Source: Chrysochromulina tobinii (Eukaryota). Taken from it: a stretch of 32,104 nt of DNA. Below, in pieces: positions 19,843-29,199 of the stretch. Where the stretch lies: the NCBI GenBank assembly GCA_001275005.1, contig JWZX01003307.1:1-32104 (forward strand), in the 5' to 3' direction. The translations under genes and the position numbers were made by a program. Position 1 is the stretch's first letter. Each line of letters starts with the position of its first letter. The notes under the pieces were generated by a model. That model worked only from the letters and a program-made list of their open reading frames with translations, was not told the DNA's origin and made no database searches.

Positions 19843-20619
19843 CTAACGATGCCAACGTTGGTGAGCCGCAATGTCATCCTTGAAGTACTCAAAAATCAAG
19901 CCAAGCCAAGCCCTGGTTGTAAGAACCTCATTTAGGTTGTAAGTCGACTGTAATGGAAGCAGCCCTGGGTCACGATCACGAAGACGGCAAACGAATCTCC
20001 ACGCGAAGTCCTGGCAATTGTGCGTGGACAGTTTGTACGTCTTGTCCGTCATCGTTGCGGCAATCTTGCCACCAGGGTGGTACTCATGAGTCATGAGGTC
20101 GATTAGGATGTCACGTACTTCGTTGGGTAATTTCTTCGTCCTGCCAAGATATTCCTTGTGGTACGCGGCTTTCCCACCGCCGAACCAGCTTCTAGCCTGG
20201 TGAGGTTTACAGGTCGATGATTGCACGCCCTTAAATGAGTGCTTATGTGGCCAGATCTGCTCCAGTAAGGGGTTCTGGTAGCCATCAAACGACCACTCAA
20301 GCCCATAGACGGAGACACCAACGTGCCAGGCAACCCTAAATCCTCCGGAGATATCGTAGGCGTGGGCCCAGACATGCGAGTCGTCAAGGAGCCCCGGCTG
20401 CGAGATGGCAATCTCGGCAAAGCGTCGGCGGCATCTCTGAATCGGCGTCGAGATGCTCAACTCTGAGCACTCACCGAAGTGAACGTACCGCTCACCAGCT
20501 CCTTTGGCTGGTACTGCTGCCGTACTGTCAGGCTCTTGGTCATTTCTCAGCACACTCTCCTTGTCGTCTGCCAGCTCGGCCACAGAGAGCCCCTCATCCG
20601 CATCCTCGGCCATCAACAT
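19843..20619 (-). CDS. PPPDE/DeSI-family cysteine peptidase
   Basis: AYDIS, WHVGVSVYGLEWSF (catalytic His), YLGRT, YKLSTHNCQDF (catalytic Cys). First ATG at 20619. Confidence 0.8.
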   Translation of the reverse strand: MLMAEDADEGLSVAELADDKESVLRNDQEPDSTAAVPAKGAGERYVHFGECSELSISTPIQRCRRRFAEIAISQPGLLDDSHVWAHAYDISGGFRVAWHVGVSVYGLEWSFDGYQNPLLEQIWPHKHSFKGVQSSTCKPHQARSWFGGGKAAYHKEYLGRTKKLPNEVRDILIDLMTHEYHPGGKIAATMTDKTYKLSTHNCQDFAWRFVCRLRDRDPGLLPLQSTYNLNEVLTTRAWLGLIFEYFKDDIAAHQRWHR

Positions 20620-20856
20620 CACATGGACAGGGAGTCTTCAAAACTTGCTCTAAATGGAAAAATACTCAAAGTGCCACGTGACACCCCCACATAAAGTCAC
20701 CTAGAGGGAGCCGGGTCACCGGTATATTGAAACCTCGTGATGTAACCAAAAATTGACCGAGATCGCGCCTCTCATCACGAAGGCTCCAACGAGCGTCGGT
20801 CGGAACACGCCGCAGACAGGAGGCAGGTACGAAAGAGAGTGAGACTCCGTGCAACG

Positions 20857-21492
20857 ATGATCCGTGCTATCATCCTCGTCCACTGCTGGGCGCTCGGAAG
20901 CGCTCTTCGTCGTGTGCCAGCGGCCACGTTCCTCATGGAACGACGCTTACCGTTAGTTGCACGGGCAGAGGTCTTTGTGCGACAGAACACTGACGCACGG
21001 CGCAAGTCGAAAGCGAGCGCACTGAAGAGACACAATGGGCGCAAAGCTGCCACAAAGGTCAACGAGCTGGGATATCGACTGGAACCACAGCCGAACAAGG
21101 CGCAGAAGCGGCGAATTGACGTTGTGCTGCTCGAGGCGGTGGATGGCCTTGGAGAGGCCGGCGAAGTCGTGAGCGTGTCACCGACCATGTTTGAGCACGC
21201 ACTGCTCAAAACTGGCAAGGCGCGACTGCAAACTAAAAAGGAGCTTCTTGGACTGGCGAAGCCTGCCGACGATGATGGCTTTGTCGTCTCACCGCAGCAC
21301 GAGACGCCGCCTGCCACCGCGCCGCCGCCTCCGGAAGCGAGTGCGACGCTGACAGTTGTTGACGAGGATGATTTTGAAGACGAATCGACTCAAGGCAAGC
21401 AAGATGTCATTGGAAGTGATTCCGACGGCGGTCCAGGGCCCATCCTCGCCTCGCCGCCGGCTTGGGCCAGCCCGTTGGACAAGTTAATCTGA
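20857..21492 (+). CDS. Protein with ribosomal protein bL9 N-terminal-like domain and targeting leader
   Basis: IDVVLLEAVDGLGEAGEVVSVSP...LLKTGKA resembles bL9-N. Leader MIRAIILVHCWALGSA. Acidic Pro-rich tail. Confidence 0.7.
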   Translation: MIRAIILVHCWALGSALRRVPAATFLMERRLPLVARAEVFVRQNTDARRKSKASALKRHNGRKAATKVNELGYRLEPQPNKAQKRRIDVVLLEAVDGLGEAGEVVSVSPTMFEHALLKTGKARLQTKKELLGLAKPADDDGFVVSPQHETPPATAPPPPEASATLTVVDEDDFEDESTQGKQDVIGSDSDGGPGPILASPPAWASPLDKLI

Positions 21493-21841
21493 ACGTGACA
21501 AGGCAGACGTAGGACAGTTGTGTGTGTGCACTGCCACTGGAGCGCGCGTGTGATAAGTCATATGAGCGAAAACTGTAAACTCCAGGCCCCCTGACTCGCT
21601 CGGCCACACCAATTTGGCAACACACTCCGCCGGCATAAAAATCAACTTGAATCTCAACCATTATTTTCGTGGGAGGTTTCGGTGTCTGCGCCCTCCACGT
21701 TGTGTTTCCACGGGACCTGTGGTCGTGCGTCATTCCGGGATGGCAATTTCATTTACGTGTGAACGTGAACTTGTGAGTTTCGCAGGAATCCGCTGCATGC
21801 AGAGTGCATCACGGAAAGGAGTCACCACCGTCGTGAACTCG

Positions 21842-22840
21842 ATGGTTTGGCTGCTCTTTGTCGCTCTTCAAGTCCTTTGGGCCCTCGTCCAGGTCCTTTA
21901 CTTCTCCATCCTTCGCGCAATCGAGCGCAACCTTACGCTCAAGGTGGTCCCTCCTGCCGAGCTCGACCTGCCGCTGCTTTCCGCGCGGCTCGCCGACCTG
22001 CCGTACCAGGTGGACAACGCGGAGGAGATAGCGCGCGCAGTCGGCACGCTGCTTCAAGAGTCGCGGCTGCTCCACTTTGAGGAGCAGGCGCTCATGGAGA
22101 CCAACGCGGTCTGGTTCCTGTGTGAAGGCCGGCGGTCCGCCAGTGCGGCCAAGGCCTTGTTCCTCGTGTTCCGCGGCACCATGTCGCCCACTGACGCGAT
22201 CGCCGACGTCATGTTCCGGCCCGAGGCCGGGCCCAATGGCGTGCGCTGCCACGGCGGCTTCCTGCGCACCGTGCGCGAGGATGCGACATTGCACGCGAAG
22301 CTGAAGATGCACCTTCCGGGCTGTGACGAGTTGTACATCTTCGGGCACTCGCTTGGCGGCGCGCTTTCCCAGGTCGTGGCCGGCGCGGGCTTCCTGCCCA
22401 AGGGCTTTGGTGGCCGGCTCACGATCGTCAACCTCGGAGGGCCTGTGGTCTTCTTCGGCACGCCCGACGCGGCCGCCTTTGACGAACCCACGGCTGGTGC
22501 GCGCGTCATGAGCGTGGTGAATGCCAACGACATCGTGCCCCGGCTGCTCGGTTGCCCGCTCTCGTTTTCGCGCAAGCTGCTCTCTCTCTTCGCGGCGAGC
22601 AACAGCCACAAGAAGCAGCGCGAGCAGGAGGCGATTCTCGACACGCTCGAGCAGTACCAAGGTTTCCCGGGATTCGAGCTCCTCTTCATGCACGGAGGCA
22701 AAGCGTATGAGGTGCCACCCAAGCATCGGCACCTCGTACTCCACCTCGCCGAGGCGCTGCACCCGCGCTGCATCGCCGATCACCTGACCTACGTCGCAGC
22801 CGCCGAGGCTGCTGCAGGTGCGGAACACTGGGCGCCATAA
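21842..22840 (+). CDS. Class 3 (fungal-type) lipase with N-terminal hydrophobic helix
   Basis: LVFRGT, CHGGF, IFGHSLGG nucleophile elbow, VVNANDIVPRL, DHLTY. Alternative ATGs at 21740 and 21797. Confidence 0.9.
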   Translation: MVWLLFVALQVLWALVQVLYFSILRAIERNLTLKVVPPAELDLPLLSARLADLPYQVDNAEEIARAVGTLLQESRLLHFEEQALMETNAVWFLCEGRRSASAAKALFLVFRGTMSPTDAIADVMFRPEAGPNGVRCHGGFLRTVREDATLHAKLKMHLPGCDELYIFGHSLGGALSQVVAGAGFLPKGFGGRLTIVNLGGPVVFFGTPDAAAFDEPTAGARVMSVVNANDIVPRLLGCPLSFSRKLLSLFAASNSHKKQREQEAILDTLEQYQGFPGFELLFMHGGKAYEVPPKHRHLVLHLAEALHPRCIADHLTYVAAAEAAAGAEHWAP

Positions 22841-23176
22841 GGAGCGGAGCACTGCCACTGGGCGCCATCGCGGGGCTCTTAGGAGCCATCTTAGAGTATC
22901 CACATTGCACGTGATAAGTCACCGCGCCCATGGACCATCGCATGCTCGCGCCAGATGTCGTGATGTCGGTGCACAATGAGTCTGCAGTCTCTCACAGAGA
23001 GAGCGCGAGCTTATGCCTTATGATCATGTGGCCTACTGCTACTCAAGTAGTCACTACTTCCCATAGAGTCGAGGAGATCCGCTACATGTAGAGAGCTGGG
23101 GTTGAAGAATAGAGAAAAGCCGAACTCTTCTTTTTCGCAAGGTCGCGATCTCCGAAGACGAGACGCGCATTCCGCA

Positions 23177-24934
23177 ATGCGACGCATGCGACGCATGCGA
23201 CATCGCTGCGTCGCTGTCGCCTTTCTCGCCAGCCTCGCTGCCGCCCAGCCCACGCTCGAGGAGATGCGCGAGTACGCGGAGGCAAATCCGCATGAAGCAG
23301 GCGCTCGATCCAACTATGGCGCCGCACTCAAGGCCTCGGGTGATCTACCTGCGGCGATCGCCGAGTTTGAAGCAGCAATCAGCCTCGATCCAACGTACGC
23401 GCGCGCATACAACAACTACGGCAACGCCAAGCAGGCGCTCGGCGAGTATCACGACGCGATTCGATTGCATACTACCGCCATCGAATTGATGCCTACCCTC
23501 GTCACTGCGTACAACAACCTGGGCAACGCACTCCGCGAGGTGGGACAGCCGGTGCAGGCAGTCGCCGTGCTGGAGAAGGCGGTGGTCCTGAGCCCGACGT
23601 ACACGGCTGCGTACACCAACCTTGGTGCTGCGGCGCAGGCGAGTGGCGCGCCCGATCACGCGGTCATCTGGCACTCGTTTGCCCAGAGGCTTGCGCCCGG
23701 CGATCCGACGATCTCGAACAATCTCGGCGCGGCGCTCGAGGCGAACGGGCAGGTCGCAGAGGCGGGCGCGGCCTTCGAACGCGGTCTGGCGGTGGCGCCG
23801 ACGAGCACCACGCTGCGCATCAACCTTGGCAACACTCTGCGCAAGCGCGGTCGCCTCGAAGAGGCCATCCAAAGTTACACTGCCGCGCTCGAGGCAGACC
23901 CCGAGGGCGTCGATGCGCCACTCGCCTACAACAACCTAGCCGCTGCCTTCCAGGCTGCCGGTGAGTCCCAGCGCGCGCTCCAGGCATACGAGGCCGCGAT
24001 CGCGCTCCGGCCAGCCGACGCCTCGCTCGCGCAGACCAACCTCGACAAGCTGCCCATCTCGCGCGCGTACCTCTCGGCAGCAGCCTATGAGAGTCGAGTC
24101 CTTGCCTCTCGAGCGGCGCGCGCGGCGCTTGCGCTCGGCGCGGCGCGGCGCGCCAAGAAGGACTGGCTGGGCCGCTCTGCAGGGAAGGGTGCACGCGCAG
24201 GTGGCGTGGGCGCACCTGATGCAGTGCTCCTTCATCGTGCGATGCGCTACTTAAGACAGATCGAGACGGAGCAAGTAGAAGAGAGCACGAGGCTTTGGAG
24301 TGTGCGCGCCTCGGAGATGAGCCACACGCTCATGGACGGGACGGTCGCCGAGGAGACCACGCTCGGCGCGTTCGCGTGGGGCGGCGTGTGGGGTCATACG
24401 CTCGCCGCCGTCTTTACAAACGCAGAGAGCCGCACCGCACTGTATGCGGCCGCCGCGCGCCACGCCAAGCGCAGCATTGGGCGCGCTCCGGACGGCGCGA
24501 AAGTGCCGGATGCGGAGCGCGCTGTCGTAGTACTCGGCTCGTCGATTGGATTTGAGGCGTACCTGGCCGCCCTGACCTTCGGAGTTCCGACGGTGGGAGT
24601 CGAGTTACTGCCAGGTCTCGTTGAGTTGTCCGAGGACGTGCGCAGCAGTCTCCAGGTGCCCGAATCCATCGTGAAGTTCGAATGCGCGGACGCGCTCGCC
24701 TTCCGCCTACCGACCGCCGCCGCGCTCGTGTACGTGGATGACACCGCGTGGGACGTACCCGTGATCGAGCGGCTCGCCACGCGCCTTAAGCGCGAGCTGC
24801 GCTCAGGCGCCGTTGTGGTGCACAACACGAAGCACGGGTACGAGGTCGAGGGCGGCTTCAGGCGCGTCGCCGTGGTCGAGGTGGGCACCTCCTGGAATCC
24901 GAAGCATCTCGTCTACGTCGAGCAGGTCTTGTGA
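23177..24934 (+). CDS. TPR-repeat protein with C-terminal class I SAM-dependent methyltransferase-like domain
   Basis: Seven TPRs (AYNNLGNAL type). C-terminus VVVLGSSIG, GVELL, FECADAL, LVYVDD, LRSGAVVV, TSW. Leader MRHRCVAVAFLASLAAA-QP with ATGs at 23177, 23186 and 23195. Confidence 0.85.
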   Translation: MRRMRRMRHRCVAVAFLASLAAAQPTLEEMREYAEANPHEAGARSNYGAALKASGDLPAAIAEFEAAISLDPTYARAYNNYGNAKQALGEYHDAIRLHTTAIELMPTLVTAYNNLGNALREVGQPVQAVAVLEKAVVLSPTYTAAYTNLGAAAQASGAPDHAVIWHSFAQRLAPGDPTISNNLGAALEANGQVAEAGAAFERGLAVAPTSTTLRINLGNTLRKRGRLEEAIQSYTAALEADPEGVDAPLAYNNLAAAFQAAGESQRALQAYEAAIALRPADASLAQTNLDKLPISRAYLSAAAYESRVLASRAARAALALGAARRAKKDWLGRSAGKGARAGGVGAPDAVLLHRAMRYLRQIETEQVEESTRLWSVRASEMSHTLMDGTVAEETTLGAFAWGGVWGHTLAAVFTNAESRTALYAAAARHAKRSIGRAPDGAKVPDAERAVVVLGSSIGFEAYLAALTFGVPTVGVELLPGLVELSEDVRSSLQVPESIVKFECADALAFRLPTAAALVYVDDTAWDVPVIERLATRLKRELRSGAVVVHNTKHGYEVEGGFRRVAVVEVGTSWNPKHLVYVEQVL

Positions 24935-24974
24935 GCTCAGCCGGCCAGCCGTACGGCCGGACCCCTGCGAGAGT

Positions 24975-25060
24975 CCCGGTCTCCTTCATCTCGCGAGATC
25001 TGTGGCGCGGGTGGCCGGCGCAGCGCCCAGAGGCGCCTCTCGCCCCGGTCTCCTTCATCT
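24975..25060 (+). repeat. 17-bp direct repeat
   Basis: CCCGGTCTCCTTCATCT at 24975-24991 and 25044-25060. Confidence 0.88.
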
Positions 25061-25978
25061 ACCGCCCGGCCAAATTTAGGGATTTAGGCGAACTGGATGT
25101 GTTGTCGACGAAGGCCTGTGTGACACTGTCTGTGTGTGATACAATATAAACAGATAGACCGCTCGTTCGGCGCGGTTAACCCCGGACGGGACGACGAAGC
25201 AACGACCCCAACGTCGTCCCGCACGTCACACTTTTAGCCATTACCCATTTCGCTTATCGACGGTCGCTCCGGTCGACGTCGTACGGTACGGTCAAATCAT
25301 TGCTCGGCTGTCGGCTCGACACACCGGACATCACAACATTTGTCCGGACACATGTTCCCGTCCGGTCGGGCGGGTCCCGACCTCCGGTCCCGTCCACGAA
25401 ACCTCTAACCTATGTGTCCTGTCACCCGACGCCCGGCGTAGGGTCGACGGGTAGGGTGTCGCGGAGGGTGGTGCATCCCCACCAGTGCGGTGCGCATCGG
25501 CCGGCCCCGGGTGCGGCCTGACCGTTCGGCATGACAGCACTCAGCACAGGCGCGTGGGGTGCGGCCAACATTAGGCCAACACGCAAGTCGCAACACTCAG
25601 ACTCACGCCACGCAAATGGCAAAACCGAAAACGGAGCACGTGCGCGGCGGGTGGTGTCCGCAACGCCGACCCCTGGCGGCGATGTGTGCGCCGATACCGA
25701 AAATACGACTATATCGCTTATCGTACGGAGCCTACATTCTCCTCCACTCCTCTCAGACTCGCCAAGGGTCTTCCTAACAAAGCTTGCGCTCAAGGCACGT
25801 GCCAGCGCTCAGGCTCACGCACCCGCACAGTATACCTGACAGTGTGCTGCAGCTCTAGCTCCCTAGGTGGTAGCAAGCACATGCACGCGCCGTATTGAGC
25901 TATCGGCAGCTCGCCGGCCGACCGGGAGCAGGATGAGGCGAGTGGCCGAGGCCACTTGCCAGCCACAAGTGGCGGACC

Positions 25979-26867
25979 TTAGAGGGCTTGGAGCTCGAGC
26001 TTGGTGCCGAGGCCCATATCGACGCCATCATACTTTTTGATGGCCGCCTCGGCCGCCTCCTTGGTCTCAAACTCAGCGCGCCCCGTGAGCGACATGCCGT
26101 CCTCGCTCTCCTCGCACGTAAAGTCTTTGAGCTTGCCGAAGCCCTCTAGAGTCATCTTCACGGCACCCTCGCCCATGTTGGACGGGAACCCCGAGAAGAA
26201 GAGTCGTCCGGACTTGATGACCTGCTCCACCTTGGCCTTGAGCGCCGCCTCGATCTGCGCCACGGTCTCGTCGTACTTGGCGGTGCCGCCGTACCGAACC
26301 TTGGCGTTACGCGGATTGTTCATGTACTCGATGATCAGGTTGATCTCATTCTGCAGCCGCGCAGCCTTCATCTGCTCGTAGAGCGCTTTGAAGGCTGGCT
26401 TCTCATAGAGCGCCTTCTCAAACTCGTTGCCAAACGAGGCAGGCTTCGGGGGCGGCTTCTTCTTCGTCGCGCCCTTGCCCGCCTTGATCATCCGAAATTC
26501 GACCAGCAAGCTTCGCAGCTCAAAGTCATCTGCATCGCAAGAGTAGCAGCACACGCACACGATGAGTGATAGGTGGTTGCCGGCGGCGCGCAAGGTCAGA
26601 GCCACTGTTCGGCCATCGTCCGAACGCACTCATCGTCGGAGGTGGCCTGATGCCCGACGCCTCCAGCTCGTCCACGATTTTCTCCGTGTCGAACGCCATC
26701 ACCGCGGCATACTCCTTTGCCACGTCAGGATCCTTCATATCGAGAGCTGCGCATGGCCCAATACCGACGCGTCCCTGTGCGAGCGGCTGCCTCAGCGGCA
26801 CTGCTGGCTGGTGCCATGACACGAGGAAGCTCGAGGCGCTCAGGACGAGGATCGTGACGCCGACCAT
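25979..26867 (-). CDS. Two-exon, probably plastid-targeted protein with C-terminal RRM (262 aa)
   Basis: Exons 26867-26630 and 26529-25979; 100-bp GT-AG intron gives PPPTM-N-DFELRSLL. Leader MVGVTILVLSASS-F. RRM RLFFSGFP...GRAEFETKEAAEAAIKKYDGVDMG. Confidence 0.85.
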
Positions 26868-26878
26868 CGCACCAACCT

Positions 26879-26914
26879 AGGCACCAGCTGCCACGAGGCA
26901 CCAGCTGCCACGAG
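26879..26914. repeat. 17-bp tandem duplication next to the RRM gene start
   Basis: AGGCACCAGCTGCCACG x2 plus AG. Confidence 0.9.
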
Positions 26915-27175
26915 CAAATCCAGGCTTTCACGTGAAATGCTAGTTGTCATATCACCGGTGAAAAAAAGGCGTGTTATGCAATCGGGAGGTCGCGTTGATT
27001 GGCAACATGTGGTCACTCCACCGGACCATTGTTTTCGATGGCGGGAGTCCCGGTGGACGTGCCGCTGCTGCTGTTCAAAGAAGTTCCGAAACGGCTTGGC
27101 GTTGTTCCGAGCTCGAGAGAATCGGTACGGCGTTAACCAGTGCAATTAAGATGTCCTTCATCAATTTCGCAGGAA

Positions 27176-28189
27176 ATGGAGGAATGTCTTATCTGTCTTT
27201 GTCCTCTGCGCTCGAGCCGGCCTCGCGGCCCTAGCGAATTGCCCTGTGGACACAATTTCCACAGGCGATGCATCGAGGAGTGGCGCCAAACGAGCTCCAC
27301 TTGCCCCACATGCCGTCACCCCTTGCGGCCGTCGACCAGCCCGGCACGACGGCGGCCGTCGACCATTTCATCGGACGGCCATTTTTACGTGCTGCTGCCT
27401 CCCGCATTTCACATCGATGCTATCGCCGCGACCCACGGATTCCGTCTACACCACACTCGTATCGGAGAGATTGCATGCTTCTGCTGCGACGGCTCTGTGC
27501 GGGAGCAGCTGCGCGAGCTGCAACGCATCAGTGTGCCAGCAGCTGCCGCCGATCTCGTGAGTGCGAGCAAAGACGTCCTTCGAAACTACTTTGCACACTT
27601 CGCCGGGCGAGATCCCGTCGTCATCGACGAGTTCCTCGCTCCGACTGGCGAGGGCGAGCCGATCGTGCATGCATCCATGTGCGCAGCCGCGTGCGCAGTG
27701 CTCGGGGTACCCGGTTTCCAGCTGCTCGATCTGCAGCCAAGACGGCTGCGCGGCATCGCCTACGCGGAGAACGCCGCCGACGTCATCGAGCGGCTCGAAG
27801 ATCCCATGATAATCTTCAGCTCCGACGTGGGCTTCTGCTGCACCGTCTTTTCCGCGCGCGACGTGCTCGAGGTGATTCCACAACTACGGGACACGATCCC
27901 CGAGTTCCTCGCGGCGATGGAGGCGAGCCGAAGACGCGCTCGCGCCGAGGGTGGAGGCCAGCTGCAACCACGGGCAAGGCCAGCTCAGTTGCAGGCGCGC
28001 CGTTATGGGCTCGATGCACTTATCATGTCAAGACACTTGGCAAGGCATTTACCCATTCGGCGCAAGCATTGGCGGGCGGCCGCTATTGGAATCCTATGGC
28101 TAGTGATTGCGCTCGCTATTTTGTGCTTGGGAATCTACATAAGTTTGAATCTATTTGATTGGTACTGGTACATCGCTGCCAAGGTGTAG
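27176..28189 (+). CDS. RING-H2 finger protein with C-terminal transmembrane helix (putative E3 ligase)
   Basis: CLICL...LPCGHNFHRRCIEEW...CPTCR directly after ATG 27176; hydrophobic tail AAAIGILWLVIALAILCLGIYISL. Confidence 0.85.
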   Translation: MEECLICLCPLRSSRPRGPSELPCGHNFHRRCIEEWRQTSSTCPTCRHPLRPSTSPARRRPSTISSDGHFYVLLPPAFHIDAIAATHGFRLHHTRIGEIACFCCDGSVREQLRELQRISVPAAAADLVSASKDVLRNYFAHFAGRDPVVIDEFLAPTGEGEPIVHASMCAAACAVLGVPGFQLLDLQPRRLRGIAYAENAADVIERLEDPMIIFSSDVGFCCTVFSARDVLEVIPQLRDTIPEFLAAMEASRRRARAEGGGQLQPRARPAQLQARRYGLDALIMSRHLARHLPIRRKHWRAAAIGILWLVIALAILCLGIYISLNLFDWYWYIAAKV

Positions 28190-28694
28190 CTAGGCTGCTC
28201 GATGGCGTGGCTCGTCTGGCGAAACCGTCATATTCGCGCCAGTGCAGCCGGCTCCGGTCGACGACTAATTGTGTTTAGAGACATACGGTGTATTAAGTAC
28301 CGTTACCCAGGCCCGGCGTCCGCGCAACGCGGGCTTCTCCGGTCACCGAAATCAGGGTCAGCAGCCGAGCACTGTAACGTTTCGCGCAGGTTTCTCGCGT
28401 GCCGCGCCGCAGCCGCAGCGTGCGCGTGATCGACGCCTTGCAGCTTGCACGGCTGGTCGGAAACGAAATGGTCAACCGCACTAACGGTCACTTGGTGTTG
28501 GCCGTACGGCAAAGCGCCGCGCGCTGAGGTAAATTTAGCACGCCAGGCGCTGATCCTGAGGTGGACGGCCGCACAATGGTTCAGACGAATCCTCTACGAA
28601 TCGATGCGGACTCGCATGTTTCCCCCTTGCTCGCCATCACGGTCGAGTCATTGCGCCCAGCTGCCAAGGCTCTCTCGACACGAAAAGTCTGTCG

Positions 28695-29108
28695 CTATTG
28701 CGGCTGGGAAGTCTCTATCGTCTTGGCTCTTGAGGATACGCCATTCTGTGCGTTATAACCCTTTGAGAAGCTAGCCGGATACAGGTCCCGTTGAGCTGCG
28801 CCAATCTTTGCTGCAGTGTCATCGTCGACTCCAAATACCAACGCGAGCCCAACGATCAACCACAGGAATTTGGACTCGTTCGGTCCGATGCCCAAGCTTC
28901 CACGGCGGTAGCCTGATGCATCGGAACTGCCAAGCGGATCTGATACAACCTTACTGCGTTCCACGACCGGCTTCCCATTCCTACCATATGAGACAGCTGT
29001 TGGCTGCGAACACCGGCGAAAACGTGCCGGTGTCATACTGAGCCCAACGCCGGCACTGTAGCAGTTCGCATTAGACAGCGCCGTGGCCAAAACAAACAGT
29101 GTTCGCAT
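28695..29108 (-). CDS. Small hypothetical protein with signal peptide and one TM segment
   Basis: ATG 29108, MRTLFVLATALSNANC leader, hydrophobic FLWLIVGLALVFGV. Confidence 0.5.
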   Translation of the reverse strand: MRTLFVLATALSNANCYSAGVGLSMTPARFRRCSQPTAVSYGRNGKPVVERSKVVSDPLGSSDASGYRRGSLGIGPNESKFLWLIVGLALVFGVDDDTAAKIGAAQRDLYPASFSKGYNAQNGVSSRAKTIETSQPQ

Positions 29109-29145
29109 CGCTCTTTGCTGCTCGTGCTGTGAAGATGCACCATTA

Positions 29146-29199
29146 GTCAAGAAGTCAAGTCAAGTCAAGTCAGGTCAGACTTGACTTGACTAACTTGAC
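29146..29199. repeat. Inverted (GTCAA)n/(TTGAC)n microsatellite
   Basis: GTCAAGAAGTCAAGTCAAGTCAAGTC-aggtca-GACTTGACTTGACTAACTTGAC. Confidence 0.88.

Noticed and set aside
25074..25088. Telomere-like TTTAGGG
   Set aside because: Fewer than two full units; compatible with chance.
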